Both the position numbers and the translations under genes were made by a program. From Nemertoderma westbladi (Eukaryota; Animalia; Xenacoelomorpha), in contig JAUCBJ010002736.1 of NCBI GenBank assembly GCA_032718475.1, forward strand, positions 1 to 64,000: a DNA stretch of 64,000 nt, read 5' to 3'. The first letter of the stretch is position 1. Each line of letters begins with the position of its first letter. Shown here in pieces: positions 11,164 through 23,550 of this stretch. The notes below the pieces were generated by a model, which was given only the letters and a program-made list of their open reading frames with translations, was not told where the DNA came from and searched no databases.

Positions 11164-14100
11164 GCGGGTTGCTTGGATCCCTACCTACCTGTATAAACAC
11201 ACTGACGGGTTGCTTTGGATCCCTCCCTACCTGTATAAACACACTAGCGGGTTGCTTGGATCCCTCCCTACCTGTATAAACACACCTGACGGGTTGCTTT
11301 GGATCCCTCCTTACCTGTATAAACACACTAGCGGGTTGCTTGGATCCCTCCCTACCTGTATAAACACACCTGACGGCTTTGGATCCCTCCCTACCTGTAT
11401 AAACACACTAGCGGGTTGCTTGGATCCCTCCCTACCTGTATAAACACACTAGCGGGTTGCTTGGATCCCTCCCTACCTGTATAAACACACTGACGGGTTG
11501 CTTTGGATCCCTCCCTACCTGTATTAACACACTAGCGGGATGCTTGGATCCCTCCCTACCTGTATAAACACACTGACGGGTTGCTTGGATCCCTCCCTAC
11601 CTGTATTAACACACTAGCGGGTTGCTTGGATCCCCCCTACCTGTATAAACACACTGACGGGTTGCTTGGATCCCTCCCTACCTGTATTAACACACTAGCG
11701 GGTTGCTTGGATCCCTCCCTACCTGTATAAACACACTAGCGGGTCGCTTGGATCCCTCCCTACCTGTATAAACACACTGACGGGTTGCTTGGATCCCTCC
11801 CTACCTGTATAAACACACTGACGGGTTGCTTGGATCCCTCCCTACCTGTATTAACACACTAGCGGGTTGCTTGGATCCCTCCCTACCTGTATAAACACAC
11901 TAGCGGGTCGCTTGGATCCCTCCCTACCTGTATTAACACACTAGCGGGTTGCTTGGATCCCTCCCTACCTGTATAAACACACCTGACGGGTTGCTTTGGA
12001 TCCCTCCCTACCTGTATAAACACACTAGCGGGTTGCTTGGATCCCTCCCTACCTGTATAAACACACTGACGGGTTGCTTGGATCCCTCCCTACCTGTATA
12101 AACACACCTACGGGTTGCTTGGATCCCTCCCTAGCTGTATAAACACACTGACGGGTTGCTTGGATCCCTCCCTATCTGTATAAACACACCTACGGGTTGC
12201 TTGGACCCCTCCCTACCTGTATAAACACACTGACGGGTTGCTTGGATCCCTCCCTACCTGTATTAACACACTAGCGGGTTGCTTGGATCCCTCCCTACCT
12301 GTATAAACACACCTGACGGGTTGCTTTGGATCCCTCCCTACCTGTATAAACACACTAGCGGGTTGCTTGGATCCCTCCCTACCTGTATAAACACACTGAC
12401 GGGTTGCTTGGATCCCTCCCTACCTGTATTAACACACTAGCGGGTTGCTTGGATCCCTCCCTACCTGTATAAACACACTAGCGGGTCGCTTGGATCCCTC
12501 CCTACCTGTATAAACACACTGACGGGTTGCTTGGATCCCTCCCTACCTGTATAAACACACTGACGGGTTGCTTGGATCCCTCCCTACCTGTATTAACACA
12601 CTAGCGGGTTGCTTGGATCCCTCCCTACCTGTATAAACACACCTGACGGGTTGCTTTGGATCCCTCCCTACCTGTATAAACACACTAGCGGGTTGCTTGG
12701 ATCCCTCCCTACCTGTATAAACACACTAGCGGGTTGCTTGGATCCCTCCCTACCTGTATAAACACACTGACGGGTTGCTTTGGATCCCTCCCTACCTGTA
12801 TTAACACACTAGCGGGATGCTTGGATCCCTCCCTACCTGTATAAACACACTGACGGGTTGCTTGGATCCCTCCCTACCTGTATAAACACACTAGCGGGTT
12901 GCTTGGATCCCTCCCTACCTGTATAAACACACTGACGGGTTGCTTGGATCCCTCCCTACCTGTATTAACACACTAGCGGGTTGCTTGGATCCCTCCCTAC
13001 CTGTATAAACACACTAGCGGGTTGCTTGGATCCCTCCCTACCTGTATAAACACACTAGCGGGTTGCTTTGGATCCCTCCCTACCTGTATTAACACACTAG
13101 CGGGTTGCTTGGATCCCCCCTACCTGTATAAACACACTAACGGGTTGCTTTGGATCCCTCCCTACCTGTATAAACACACTAGCGGGTTGCTTGGATCCCT
13201 CCCTACCTGTATAAACACACTAGCGGGTTGCTTGGATCCCTCCCTACCTGTATAAACACACTGACGGGTTGCTTTGGATCCCTCCCTACCTGTATTAACA
13301 CACTAGCGGGTTGCTTGGATCCCTCCCTACCTGTATAAACACACTGACGGGTTGCTTGGATCCCTCCCTACCTGTATAAACACACTAGCGGGTTGCTTGG
13401 ATCCCTCCCTACCTGTATAAACACACTGACGGGTTGCTTGGATCCCTCCCTACCTGTATAAACACACTGACGGGTTGCTTGGATCCCTCCCTACCTGTAT
13501 AAACACACTAGCGGGTTGCTTGGATCCCTCCCTACCTGTATAAACACACTGACGGGTTGCTTGGATCCCTCCCTACCTGTATTAACACACTAGCGGGTTG
13601 CTTGGATCCCTCCCTACCTGTATAAACACACTAGCGGGTTGCTTGGATCCCTCCCTACCTGTATAAACACACCTGACGGGTTGCTTGGATCCCTCCCTAC
13701 CTGTATAAACACACTGACGGGTTGCTTGGATCCCTCCCTACCTGTATTAACACACTAGCGGGTTGCTTGGATCCCTCCCTACCTGTATAAACACACTGAG
13801 CGGGTTGCTTGGATCCCTCCCTACCTGTATAAACACACTAGCGGGTTGCTTTGGATCCCTCCCTACCTGTATAAACACACTAGCGGGTTGCTTGGATCCC
13901 TCCCTACCTGTATAAACACACTGACGGGTTGCTTGGATCCCTCCCTACCTGTATTAACACACTAGCGGGTTGCTTGGATCCCTCCCTACCTGTATAAACA
14001 CACTAGCGGGTTGCTTGGATCCCTCCCTACCTGTATTAACACACTAGCGGGTTGCTTGGATCCCTCCCTACCTGTATAAACACACCTGACGGGTTGCTTT

Positions 14101-14972
14101 GGATCCCTCCCTACCTGTATAAACACACTGACGGGTTGCTTGGATCCCTCCCTACCTGTATAAACACACTAGCGGGTTGCTTGGATCCCTCCCTACCTGT
14201 ATAAACACACTGACGGGTTGCTTTGGATCCCTCCCTACCTGTATTAACACACTAGCGGGTTGCTTGGATCCCTCCCTACCTGTATAAACACACTGACGGG
14301 TTGCTTGGATCCCTCCCTACCTGTATTAACACACTAGCGGGTTGCTTTGGATCCCTCCCTACCTGTATAAACACACTTAGCGGGTTGCTTGGATCCCTCC
14401 CTACCTGTATAAACACACTGACGGGTTGCTTGGATCCCTCCCTACCTGTATTAACACACTAGCGGGTTGCTTGGATCCCTCCCTACCTGTATAAACACAC
14501 TAGCGGGTCGCTTGGATCCCTCCCTACCTGTATAAACACACTAGCGGGTTGCTTGGATCCCTCCCTACCTGTATAAACACACTGACGGGTTGCTTGGATC
14601 CCTCCCTACCTGTATAAACACACTGACGGGTTGCTTGGATCCCTCCCTACCTGTATAAACACACCTACGGGTTGCTTGGACCCCTCCCTACCTGTATAAA
14701 CACACCTGACGGGTTGCTTGGATCCCTCCCTACCTGTATAAACATACTAGCGGGTTGCTTGGATCCCTCCCTACCTGTATAAACATACTAGCGGGTTGCT
14801 TGGATCCCTCCCTACCTGTATTAACACACTAGCGGGTTGCTTGGATCCCTCCCTACCTGTATAAACACACTGACGGGTTGCTTGGATCCCTCCCTACCTG
14901 TATAAACACACTGACGGGTTGATTGGATCCCTCCTACCTGTATAAACACACTAGCGGGTTGCTTAGGATCCC
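11164..14972 (-). repeat. ~41-bp minisatellite (~92 copies) made of exon-4 end plus splice donor
   Basis: Minus-strand unit GGATCCAAGCAACCCGCTAGTGTGTTTATACAG|GTAGGGAG, with GCTAG/GTCAG, TTTATA/TTAATA and +/-1-nt variants. Confidence 0.98.
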
Positions 14973-15093
14973 ACAGGAACTCCCCCTGGTTTATGGGACC
15001 ATGACGGGCTCCCGCTATACCAAAGGACTGCGGTACATCGATGTAGAGCATGCGTTCCCCTGGTCTGTTAGCGAACCACGAAACCAGCTGCTC
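14938..15093 (-). CDS. TFCP2: TFCP2 exon 4
   Basis: CGTAG acceptor. Encodes EQLVSWFANRPGERMLYIDVPQS...EFLWDPKQPASVFIQ. Donor CAG|GTAGGA at 14937. Confidence 0.93.
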
Positions 15094-15321
15094 CTACGGG
15101 GTGATAAACAAACGCAAGATTGAAGGTGGTATAAGAAATAAATATACCGGTAATTAATAATGCAATACAATACATTATACGGCGTATTTGTTACACTAAA
15201 GTGCCATGGCCTGGCCAACCGTAACCATATTCTACAACGGCTTCTACACAATCAACCCTGTCTGCCAGAGTGCCAGTACTGTACCACTTATATCTACATC
15301 ATACTGTAGGATACCGGATAC

Positions 15322-15437
15322 CTGTTCATTATATTGGTGTTTTCGTTCGTGAAATAGAACTCGAACAACGCTCTTGAGAAATTCACCGAATTCGTCTGGA
15401 TCGCCAAGTTTTTTTAAATTAATTTCGTAACTCTGAC
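15322..15437 (-). CDS. TFCP2: TFCP2 exon 3
   Basis: TTGCAG acceptor. Encodes QSYEINLKKLGDPDEFGEFLKSVVRVLFHERKHQYNEQ. Donor CAG|GTATCC. Phases are consistent with neighbours. Confidence 0.93.
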
Positions 15438-15535
15438 CTGCAATCGCAATAATCAAGCAATTACAACGGGTGGTTTATGAAAACAGTATTTTTAGAATAG
15501 GTCTAGACCAACTTCGATGCAAAATGAATTGAGAA

Positions 15536-18207
15536 TGAACTCACCTTGGTATAGCTGCGTACTGAACTCACCTTGGTATAGCTGCGTACTGGACTCACCT
15601 TGGTATAGCTGCGTACTGAACTCACCTTGGTATAGCTGCGTACTGAACTCACCTTGGTATAGCTGCGTACTGAACTCACCTTATTATAGCTGCGTACTGA
15701 ACTCACCTTGGTATAGCTGCGTACTGAACTCACCTTGGTATAGCTGCGTACTGAACTCACCTTGGTATAGCTGCGTACTGAACTCACCTTGGTATAGCTG
15801 CGTACTGAACTCACCTTGGTATAGCTGCGTACTGAACTCACCTTGGTATAGCTGCGTACTGGACTCACCTTGGTATAGCTGCGTACTGAACTCACCTTGG
15901 TATAGCTGCGTACTGAACTCACCTTGGTATAGCTGCGTACTGAACTCACCTTGGTATAGCTGCGTACTGAACTCACCTTGGTATAGCTGCGTACTGAACT
16001 CACCTTGGTATAGCTGCGTACTGAACTCACCTTGGTATAGCTGCGTACTGAACTCACCTTGGTATAGCTGCGTACTGAACTCACCTTGGTATAGCTGCGT
16101 ACTGAACTCACCTTGGTATAGCTGCGTACTGAACTCACCTTGGTATAGCTGCGTACTGAACTCACCTTGGTATAGCTGCGTACTGAACTCACCTTGGTAT
16201 AGCTGCGTACTGAACTCACCTTGGTATAGCTGCGTACTGAACTCACCTTGGTATAGCTGCGTACTGAACTCACCTTGGTATAGCTGCGTACTGAACTCAC
16301 CTTGGTATAGCTGCGTACTGAACTCACCTTGGTATAGCTGCGTACTGAACTCACCTTGGTATAGCTGCGTACTGAACTCACCTTGGTATAGCTGCGTACT
16401 GAACTCACCTTGGTATAGCTGCGTACTGAACTCACCTTGGTATAGCTGCGTACTGAACTCACCTTGGTATAGCTGCGTACTGAACTCACCTTGGTATAGC
16501 TGCGTACTGAACTCACCTTGGTATAGCTGCGTACTGAACTCACCTTGGTATAGCTGCGTACTGAACTCACCTTGGTATAGCTGCGTACTGAACTCACCTT
16601 GGTATAGCTGCGTACTGAACTCACCTTGGTATAGCTGCGTACTGAACTCACCTTGGTATAGCTGCGTACTGAACTCACCTTGGTATAGCTGCGTACTGAA
16701 CTCACCTTGGTATAGCTGCGTACTGAACTCACCTTGGTATAGCTGCGTACTGAACTCACCTTGGTATAGCTGCGTACTGAACTCACCTTGGTATAGCTGC
16801 GTACTGAACTCACCTTGGTATAGCTGCGTACTGAACTCACCTTGGTATAGCTGCGTACTGAACTCACCTTGGTATAGCTGCGTACTGAACTCACCTTGGT
16901 ATAGCTGCGTACTGAACTCACCTTGGTATAGCTGCGTACTGAACTCACCTTGGTATAGCTGCGTACTGAACTCACCTTGGTATAGCTGCGTACTGAACTC
17001 ACCTTGGTATAGCTGCGTACTGAACTCACCTTGGTATAGCTGCGTACTGAACTCACCTTGGTATAGCTGCGTACTGAACTCACCTTGGTATAGCTGCGTA
17101 CTGAACTCACCTTGGTATAGCTGCCTACTGAACTCACCTTGGTATAGCTGCGTACTGAACTCACCTTGGTATAGCTGCGTACTGAACTCACCTTGGTATA
17201 GCTGCGTACTGAACTCACCTTGGTATAGCTGCGTACTGAACTCACCTTGGTATAGCTGCGTACTGAACTCACCTTGGTATAGCTGCGTACTGAACTCACC
17301 TTGGTATAGCTGCCTACTGAACTCACCTTGGTATAGCTGCGTACTGAACTCACCTTGGTATAGCTGCGTACTGAACTCACCTTGGTATAGCTGCGTACTG
17401 ACTCACCTTGGTATAGCTGCGTACTGAACTCACCTTGGTATTATAGCTGCGTACTGAACTCACCTTGGTATAGCTGCGTACTGAACTCACCTTGGTATAG
17501 CTGCGTACTGAACTCACCTTGGTATAGCTGCGTACTGAACTCACCTTGGTATAGCTGCCTACTGAACTCACCTTGGTATAGCTGCGTACTGAACTCACCT
17601 TGGTATAGCTGCGTACTGAACTCACCTTGGTATAGCTGCGTACTGAACTCACCTTGGTATAGCTGCGTACTGAACTCACCTTGGTATAGCTGCCTACTGA
17701 ACTCACCTTGGTATAGCTGCGTACTGAACTCACCTTGGTATAGCTGCGTACTGAACTCACCTTGGTATTATAGCTGCGTACTGAACTCACCTTGGTATAG
17801 CTGCGTACTGAACTCACCTTGGTATAGCTGCGTACTGAACTCACCTTGGTATAGCTGCGTACTGAACTCACCTTGGTATAGCTGCGTACTGGACTCACCT
17901 TAGTATAGCTGCGTACTGAACTCACCTTGGTATAGCTGCGTACTGAACTCATCTTGGTATTATAGCTGCGTACTGAACTCACCTTGGTACAGCTGCGTAC
18001 TGGACTCACCTTAGTATAGCTGCGTACTGAACTCACCTTGGTATAGCTGCGTACTGGACTCACCTTGGTATAGCTGCGTACTGAACTCACCTTGGTATTA
18101 TAGCTGCGTACTGAACTCACCTTGGTATAGCTGCGTACTGGACTCACCTTAGTATAGCTGCGTACTGAACTCACCTTGGTATAGCTGCGTACTGAACTCA
18201 CCTTGGT
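15536..18207 (-). repeat. 27-bp minisatellite (~99 copies) containing the exon-2 splice donor
   Basis: Minus-strand unit ACCAAG|GTGAGTTCAGTACGCAGCTAT, highly homogeneous. Confidence 0.98.
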
Positions 18208-18336
18208 TGAGATACGTGATACTCTCTTCGTTAAGTTTAGTAGCTGGCGAGGTCGCGGCATTAAATATAAACTGAAATCCAGACTCCTTGAATATTGGTA
18301 CAGCCAAGAGGTCGTTCATATTATAAGCACCGGCTC
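18202..18336 (-). CDS. TFCP2: TFCP2 exon 2 (start of CP2 DNA-binding domain)
   Basis: CCTAG acceptor. Encodes [45 protein letters not shown]. Donor CAAG|GTGAGT at 18201. Confidence 0.95.
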
Positions 18337-18425
18337 CTAGGATATAAGCAAAATGTTATTAACCTCTAAATTACTTACAATTAGTTAGCTAATTAATTTA
18401 GCTATAGGAATTTGGAAACATTTAA

Positions 18426-19335
18426 GGGGGGTAGCGCTATTTTAACACAGTCAATGAAAACTAATAGTAACATGGCAAGGCTTTGTCCAAAATGAATAAT
18501 TTTTGGTATAAGGGTCAATCGATAACTGAAGGTTGCCTTAAAGAAAAAATGAATTAGGATCAAAATTTTAAAACTCTCACCAATCTTTTGAAGACACCAA
18601 GCTTGTGATTACTGTGTCCAAATTAAATAAAAAAATATTAAAAATTGGCAGAAGAGTAGCATTTGAAATTCTGAGATAATTGCCTTTTAAGTGTGAAACT
18701 TCCCGCGCAAAAACTGTCTGTCAATATATATCTAGCAACAAGAAAGCACAAAACCATGCTAAGATTTTTGCTATGGGGGTTTTCCTGGTCGCTGATTTCA
18801 TTTATGAGGTCAGTTTTCACTCTCAAGAAATCTGTATGTCTGTCTGTAGGTCTTTCTGACTATCCGACTCTCTGTCTGCCAAATATAAGAAAAAGGCACA
18901 CCATCTAGCTAAAAGTTTAGCTATAGGCGTTTTCCTGGTCGCAGAATTCATTTAGAGTGTCAATTTAAACATTTGATGATTTCCAAATTGTCTGTACGGC
19001 TGTCAGAGTGTCGGTTATATTTTGACAGACAGACTGGCAGGCATACAGACGGAACCGACAAGGTCAAATTTGAATGAAGTCATCGACCACGAAAACCCAT
19101 ACTGCCATACAGGGAATTTTTTAGACAGATAGTATGCTTTTTATTGACAGACAGACATGTCAGACAAACCGACAGTAAAACGGACAGACGCCATATCTGA
19201 GAAGTAAGACAGATATTGCGAAACGGTTTTCAAATCGGAAATATCGATAAAAATCTGATCTGGATGAAATATAAAAAAAATATTTGTAAAAAATTATTGT
19301 AATAGAGCTACCCCCCCCCCCCCCCCCCCCCCCCC
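18426..19335. mobile_element. Putative non-autonomous DNA transposon (Kolobok-like) in TFCP2 intron 1
   Basis: Left end TTAA-GGGGGGTAGCGCTATT. Right end AATAGAGCTACCCCCC (16-bp inverted repeat, 1 mismatch). The right TSD is obscured by a poly-C run. Confidence 0.5.
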
Positions 19336-19602
19336 AATAAAACTAAAACCTTTATTAATTTAATAAATAAATGTATTGGCCTAGTAAATAATATAAATAT
19401 TTAATAAAACCAGTAACCTATTGAGAATCACCCATGGTGGTTAGAAGGAATTATTCCTGGTTTAATAATGCTAAAATATTACCCCACGCACAAAATGTAT
19501 AGGCCTATATGTTACCTGATTAGATTAACCATAATTTAATATACCGGTAGATTAATTAGGAGCCGCATTTGGCATTAGATTTATTAGCGGTACTCTACTC
19601 AC

Positions 19603-19990
19603 TAAATTCGGTTCCCAGACCGCTCAAGCTGGCCTCAAAGTCCGATACCAACGACGCCTGGGGGTCGTCTAGAGGGAGATTCCAGGAGGCGATGTTAACA
19701 ACATCCCTCGTGGAGAACCCATTGTCTTCGTCGATAGAGGAATCAGCGGTGTCTGCTGTGAACATCCGGGAGCCTGGGAACAGTCGTTCCACCAAACGTT
19801 CAGTTGTTCCGTCCGATTCGCTACAAGAGGTTGCTGTGCTGGAGGAGTCAGTCTGGGACCCCAGCTGTCCCAACGGGACACCACGCCCGCAAGGGACAGC
19901 AATAGCCCCAGTACCAGGGACAGCAATAGCCCCGTTCAGATTCATCGACGGAGCGAATGTAATAAAGTTGTCCGGTTGTAAATTACTCAT
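19603..19990 (-). CDS. TFCP2: LSF/TFCP2-family transcription factor, coding exon 1
   Basis: ATG at 19990. Ends ...WNLPLDDPQASLVSDFEASLSGLGTEF, resembling the TFCP2 N-terminus (LPL..LVQDFDASLSGIGQEL). Donor A|GTGAGT at 19602. An upstream acceptor TTTTAG at 20052 suggests a 5'UTR intron. Confidence 0.85.
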
Positions 19991-21244
19991 AATTTAATCA
20001 TACCTTCAATAATACATATAGATATAGGGTACGCTTACAAGACAAGATAACCTAAAATAAAAACATATAAGCCGATTGCCGATATATTATATACCGGTCA
20101 GCCGGTAGTAGGCCTACCGGTATAGCGGTATACTGGTATATATGATATATTTTAACTATTTAGTACTGTAGTATAATATTAATAATAGCAGCCTATCAGC
20201 CTATATAATTAAAATATAATAATAATCACTGGAGCTCTGCTCGAGTTCCTGCCTGCAGCATTACTACTGTACTAGTTTGTCAGTTTGTGGACCGGTGAAC
20301 ATTGGCATTATACTGGCTGACTTTATTGACAGTTGGCCTATTTCGACCACATTTAACATTCAACTGTCTGACTGTTATGAAATGAATTAGGGCGTACTAA
20401 CACCGGCAGACCGCAATCGGTGCGGTAGGCAGGTAGGCGTAGGCCTACAAATCGGCACCGGTGTATGGTGTACAGGTGTAAAAACTTAGAACCGGCACCG
20501 GTCAACCGGTGTCTGGGTGTAGCAGCTTATGTTACCCCCTGTGCCCTGACCGCCTGATGCCTGAATGCTGAAGATTAGGCCTATCAGCCTATGCCGCTAC
20601 TGCCCTAGTCAGGCTAGGCTGCTAGGTGCAGCGTGCAGAGGTGCATGGTGGTAAAGCTGTATAGGCAATAAGCATCAGGGCATGGCAGCGGAATAGGCCT
20701 ACTAAATATAGAGCAGTAGAGTACCGGCTATTTCAGTATTTAGTAAGGTAACTAACTGGGTAAGGCTTAATGGTAACGGTAAGGCCTAACGGCTGCATGG
20801 CAGCATGGTGTATGTAGGTCATACAGTCATAGGTTAAAACCCGGTTGCGCAATCAATATGCCCCTGCCCCCTGCTGTCTGGAAAGGACTGAGGAATACTC
20901 TGATACTTGGGTGTACTTATAAAGAAGTACCGGTCACCGGTAGCCTATGGAGGGCAGTAGGGTGCAAGAACATGCTCATGCACTAACTGCTGCTAACAGA
21001 CACGTTCGTGGGGCCTTCGCGCAGCACGAGGCCCAGTTATGAGATACAAATTAAAATTGAGCGACTGTATCACAAAATCAGTATTTGAGAAATTTACCCA
21101 CACCACCAATCAAATAAAGAAAGGGGGACAGTACGTGTTCACCCCTTTTAATCCCACCCCCACCCTTCCCACCCACCAATACATAACCGCGACATCTACC
21201 ACCCACCACCCATGGAAGGGTAGCACGAACTTATTTCCAATCGC

Positions 21245-21610
21245 ACATTCAATATGCAAAGCCAGGTGGTTTATAGGAATATAATAAACGCAGTACTCGT
21301 CTTCATTATAAGCCTCGTTGCGTTCGTCCTGTTTTGTATTTAAATATATTTCTTAAACGCAGGCTGACGATCTTTATAATAATAGTAACAAGGGATGCGT
21401 TCAATATGTGAAGCCAGGTGGTTTATATAATAAGATAGTCAACGCAGTACAGCAGTACTCGTCTTCATTATAAGCCTCGTTGTGCTCGTCCTGTTTTGTA
21501 TTTAAATATATTTCTTAAACGAAGACTGACGATCTTTATAATGGGTTCAATAGGCGAAGCCAGGTATGGTTTTGGTTTATAGGAATATAGTCCACGCAGC
21601 ACTCGTCCTC
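21245..21610 (+). repeat. Three diverged ~150-bp direct repeats
   Basis: Recurrent TTCAATA..AAGCCAGGT..GGTTTATA...ACGCAGTACTCGTCTTCAT block. Confidence 0.75.
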
Positions 21611-22844
21611 ATGAGACCGAGTTATAGTGTGGCAATGTAGATGCAGTAGTTGCACCCGACCAGCCGGAAACTCGGAGCAATAGGCCTACTGCTTGCACAA
21701 TGCGTGTCAATTTCAACACCGCCGGGCACTGGTTGATGGCAGAGTGAGATTAAAAAACCGGATTTCATCCTCGGTTACGGTTAGTCCAGTTTGCCCGTAG
21801 CGGCAGCGATAGGTACCGAAAGTCGAGGTCAACAGACAGAGGCGGCCTTGGTGGTGAGTTGTTTGATTTCAATTCCAACACTTTTCTGGGCAGCTGGGTA
21901 GACTCTGGTAGTGGGTACCTGAACTTAGAATGCCGGTCAGCTGGTTAGTCCGCATAACTTCCATTGTTCTGTTGTTGCAGTTGCAGTTGCCGAGTCGATG
22001 GATGGTTGGGGTTGGTAGGGGTAAGCCTATCAGCCTATTGCTATTGTTGTATTGGCAGATTGATATGTCTGTATGTACATCTACATCTGATTATACCAGT
22101 TGCCGGCGCCGTCGGTCGTACCAATACATAGTCTTTAATTAACATATTTAACCGTTAACAAGAGCAGAAACCGTAAACGAAGAAATTCATTTTCTTTTGT
22201 CGCTGACAGGAGCGTAGAAATACGGTATAGGCTAGTGCTGTCGTAGTTCAGTAACGTACCGGTAGTTCTGTAGTTGGTAGTTCAGCAGTTTCTACCACTC
22301 CGGTTATACTTCTACAGTCTGACAGTAATCAGGTAGTAGCTGAGTAGGGCGGTACGGCGGACGGCGCCAACGGACCCTCTAATCTAATTCAGGACTGCAG
22401 TCCAACAGTCCGGAGTCGCACTGCATGGCTAATTAGGGCTTACAGAATTAGGCCTGTCCTGTAACAAGACAAGTATACGTGATCTATAATGACTGAACCG
22501 GTACCGCGGTACGAGTCAGCCAGTACCGTAAAACACCGAATACAGTATGTCTGTATGGTATTGCAGTATTGCTGTATTGTCTGATTACAGGATTCCTGAT
22601 TCAGGGATTGACATTGAGTATAGTACCGGTACAGGCAGACAGGCAGACAGGCCACAATGGCATTACTGCAAGGCCTACTGTACTCAGTACAGCAGTACAG
22701 TACTGTACTTAGTACAGTAGGCCTTGCATTACTGTAATTTCGTAATTTGCAAGAAACCCAGCTGATTTAGTCTCCTAGCAACCTGCTGATGTCAAGCGTT
22801 ATAATTTTGAATAAATAAATTTATTATAACTGTAAGACAGTTAC

Positions 22845-23290
22845 AGTGGTGCTGCACGAAGGCCCCACGCAAATTCAACTTGGAAAATTTCTAAACTTTT
22901 GACAGACTATTTGTGTACCAAGTTTGGTTACATTTCATCGAGGATTGATAGAGTTATTAACGTTCAAAATTGAACATTGCAAAAAAAGCGACAGAAGGAC
23001 TTAATTAACTAATTAACTGCTATTATCTTAGCTTCTCGAAGGCCACACGGAAATTCAACTTGGAAAATTTCTAAACTTTTGCCAAACAACATGTGTACCA
23101 AGTTTGGATAGATTTCATCGAAGATTGGCCGAGTTATTAACGTTTAAAATTGAACAAGAACGACAGAACGACAGGTTGATTAATGGTACCACTACACTAA
23201 GGCTCGCTCACTTCGTGGCTCGCCCCACAGGTTGATTAATGGTACCACTACGCTAAGGCTCACTCACTTCGTGGCTCGCCCCACATATAA
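22845..23290 (+). mobile_element. Non-autonomous interspersed repeat (possibly Helentron/DINE-like), internally duplicated
   Basis: Two copies of AAATTCAACTTGGAAAATTTCTAAACTTTTG..GTACCAAGTTTGG and two of CAGGTTGATTAATGGTACCACTAC..GCTCGCCCCA. A related inverted copy lies at ~24320-24410. Confidence 0.45.
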
Positions 23291-23550
23291 TATACATCTC
23301 AAAACAGCTATTATTATAAAGTTGAAGCAAATTCCATCCTGGCGAATTATTGAAATAACAAAATTGAATCGAAAAATTTATTGAATTTTTTATTAATGGA
23401 TGTTGTACAGTTAGTTAACATTTATGTAGTTATTTTTAGCATTACGATATTACTACTGTATTAATAGCATTACTACTGTATAATTAATTATATAATTGCA
23501 AATAAAAGTGAATAACAATGGGGGTGAACGAGAAATGCAAAATTACTGAG

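Noticed and set aside
1212-18201. New introns created by the tandem duplications
   Set aside because: Each intron retains a unique 3' part with its own polypyrimidine/AG, and the positions (YLNQG|QSY, FIQ|VHC, NR|F) match junctions I recall from other LSF genes. The arrays more likely expanded pre-existing introns.
11164-18207. CRISPR arrays
   Set aside because: Units are contiguous with no unique spacers, the context is eukaryotic and there are no cas genes.
15503-18261. 600-aa ORFs VSSVRSYTK / SPWYSCVLN
   Set aside because: Translations of the 27-bp minisatellite, and not in the TFCP2 reading frame.
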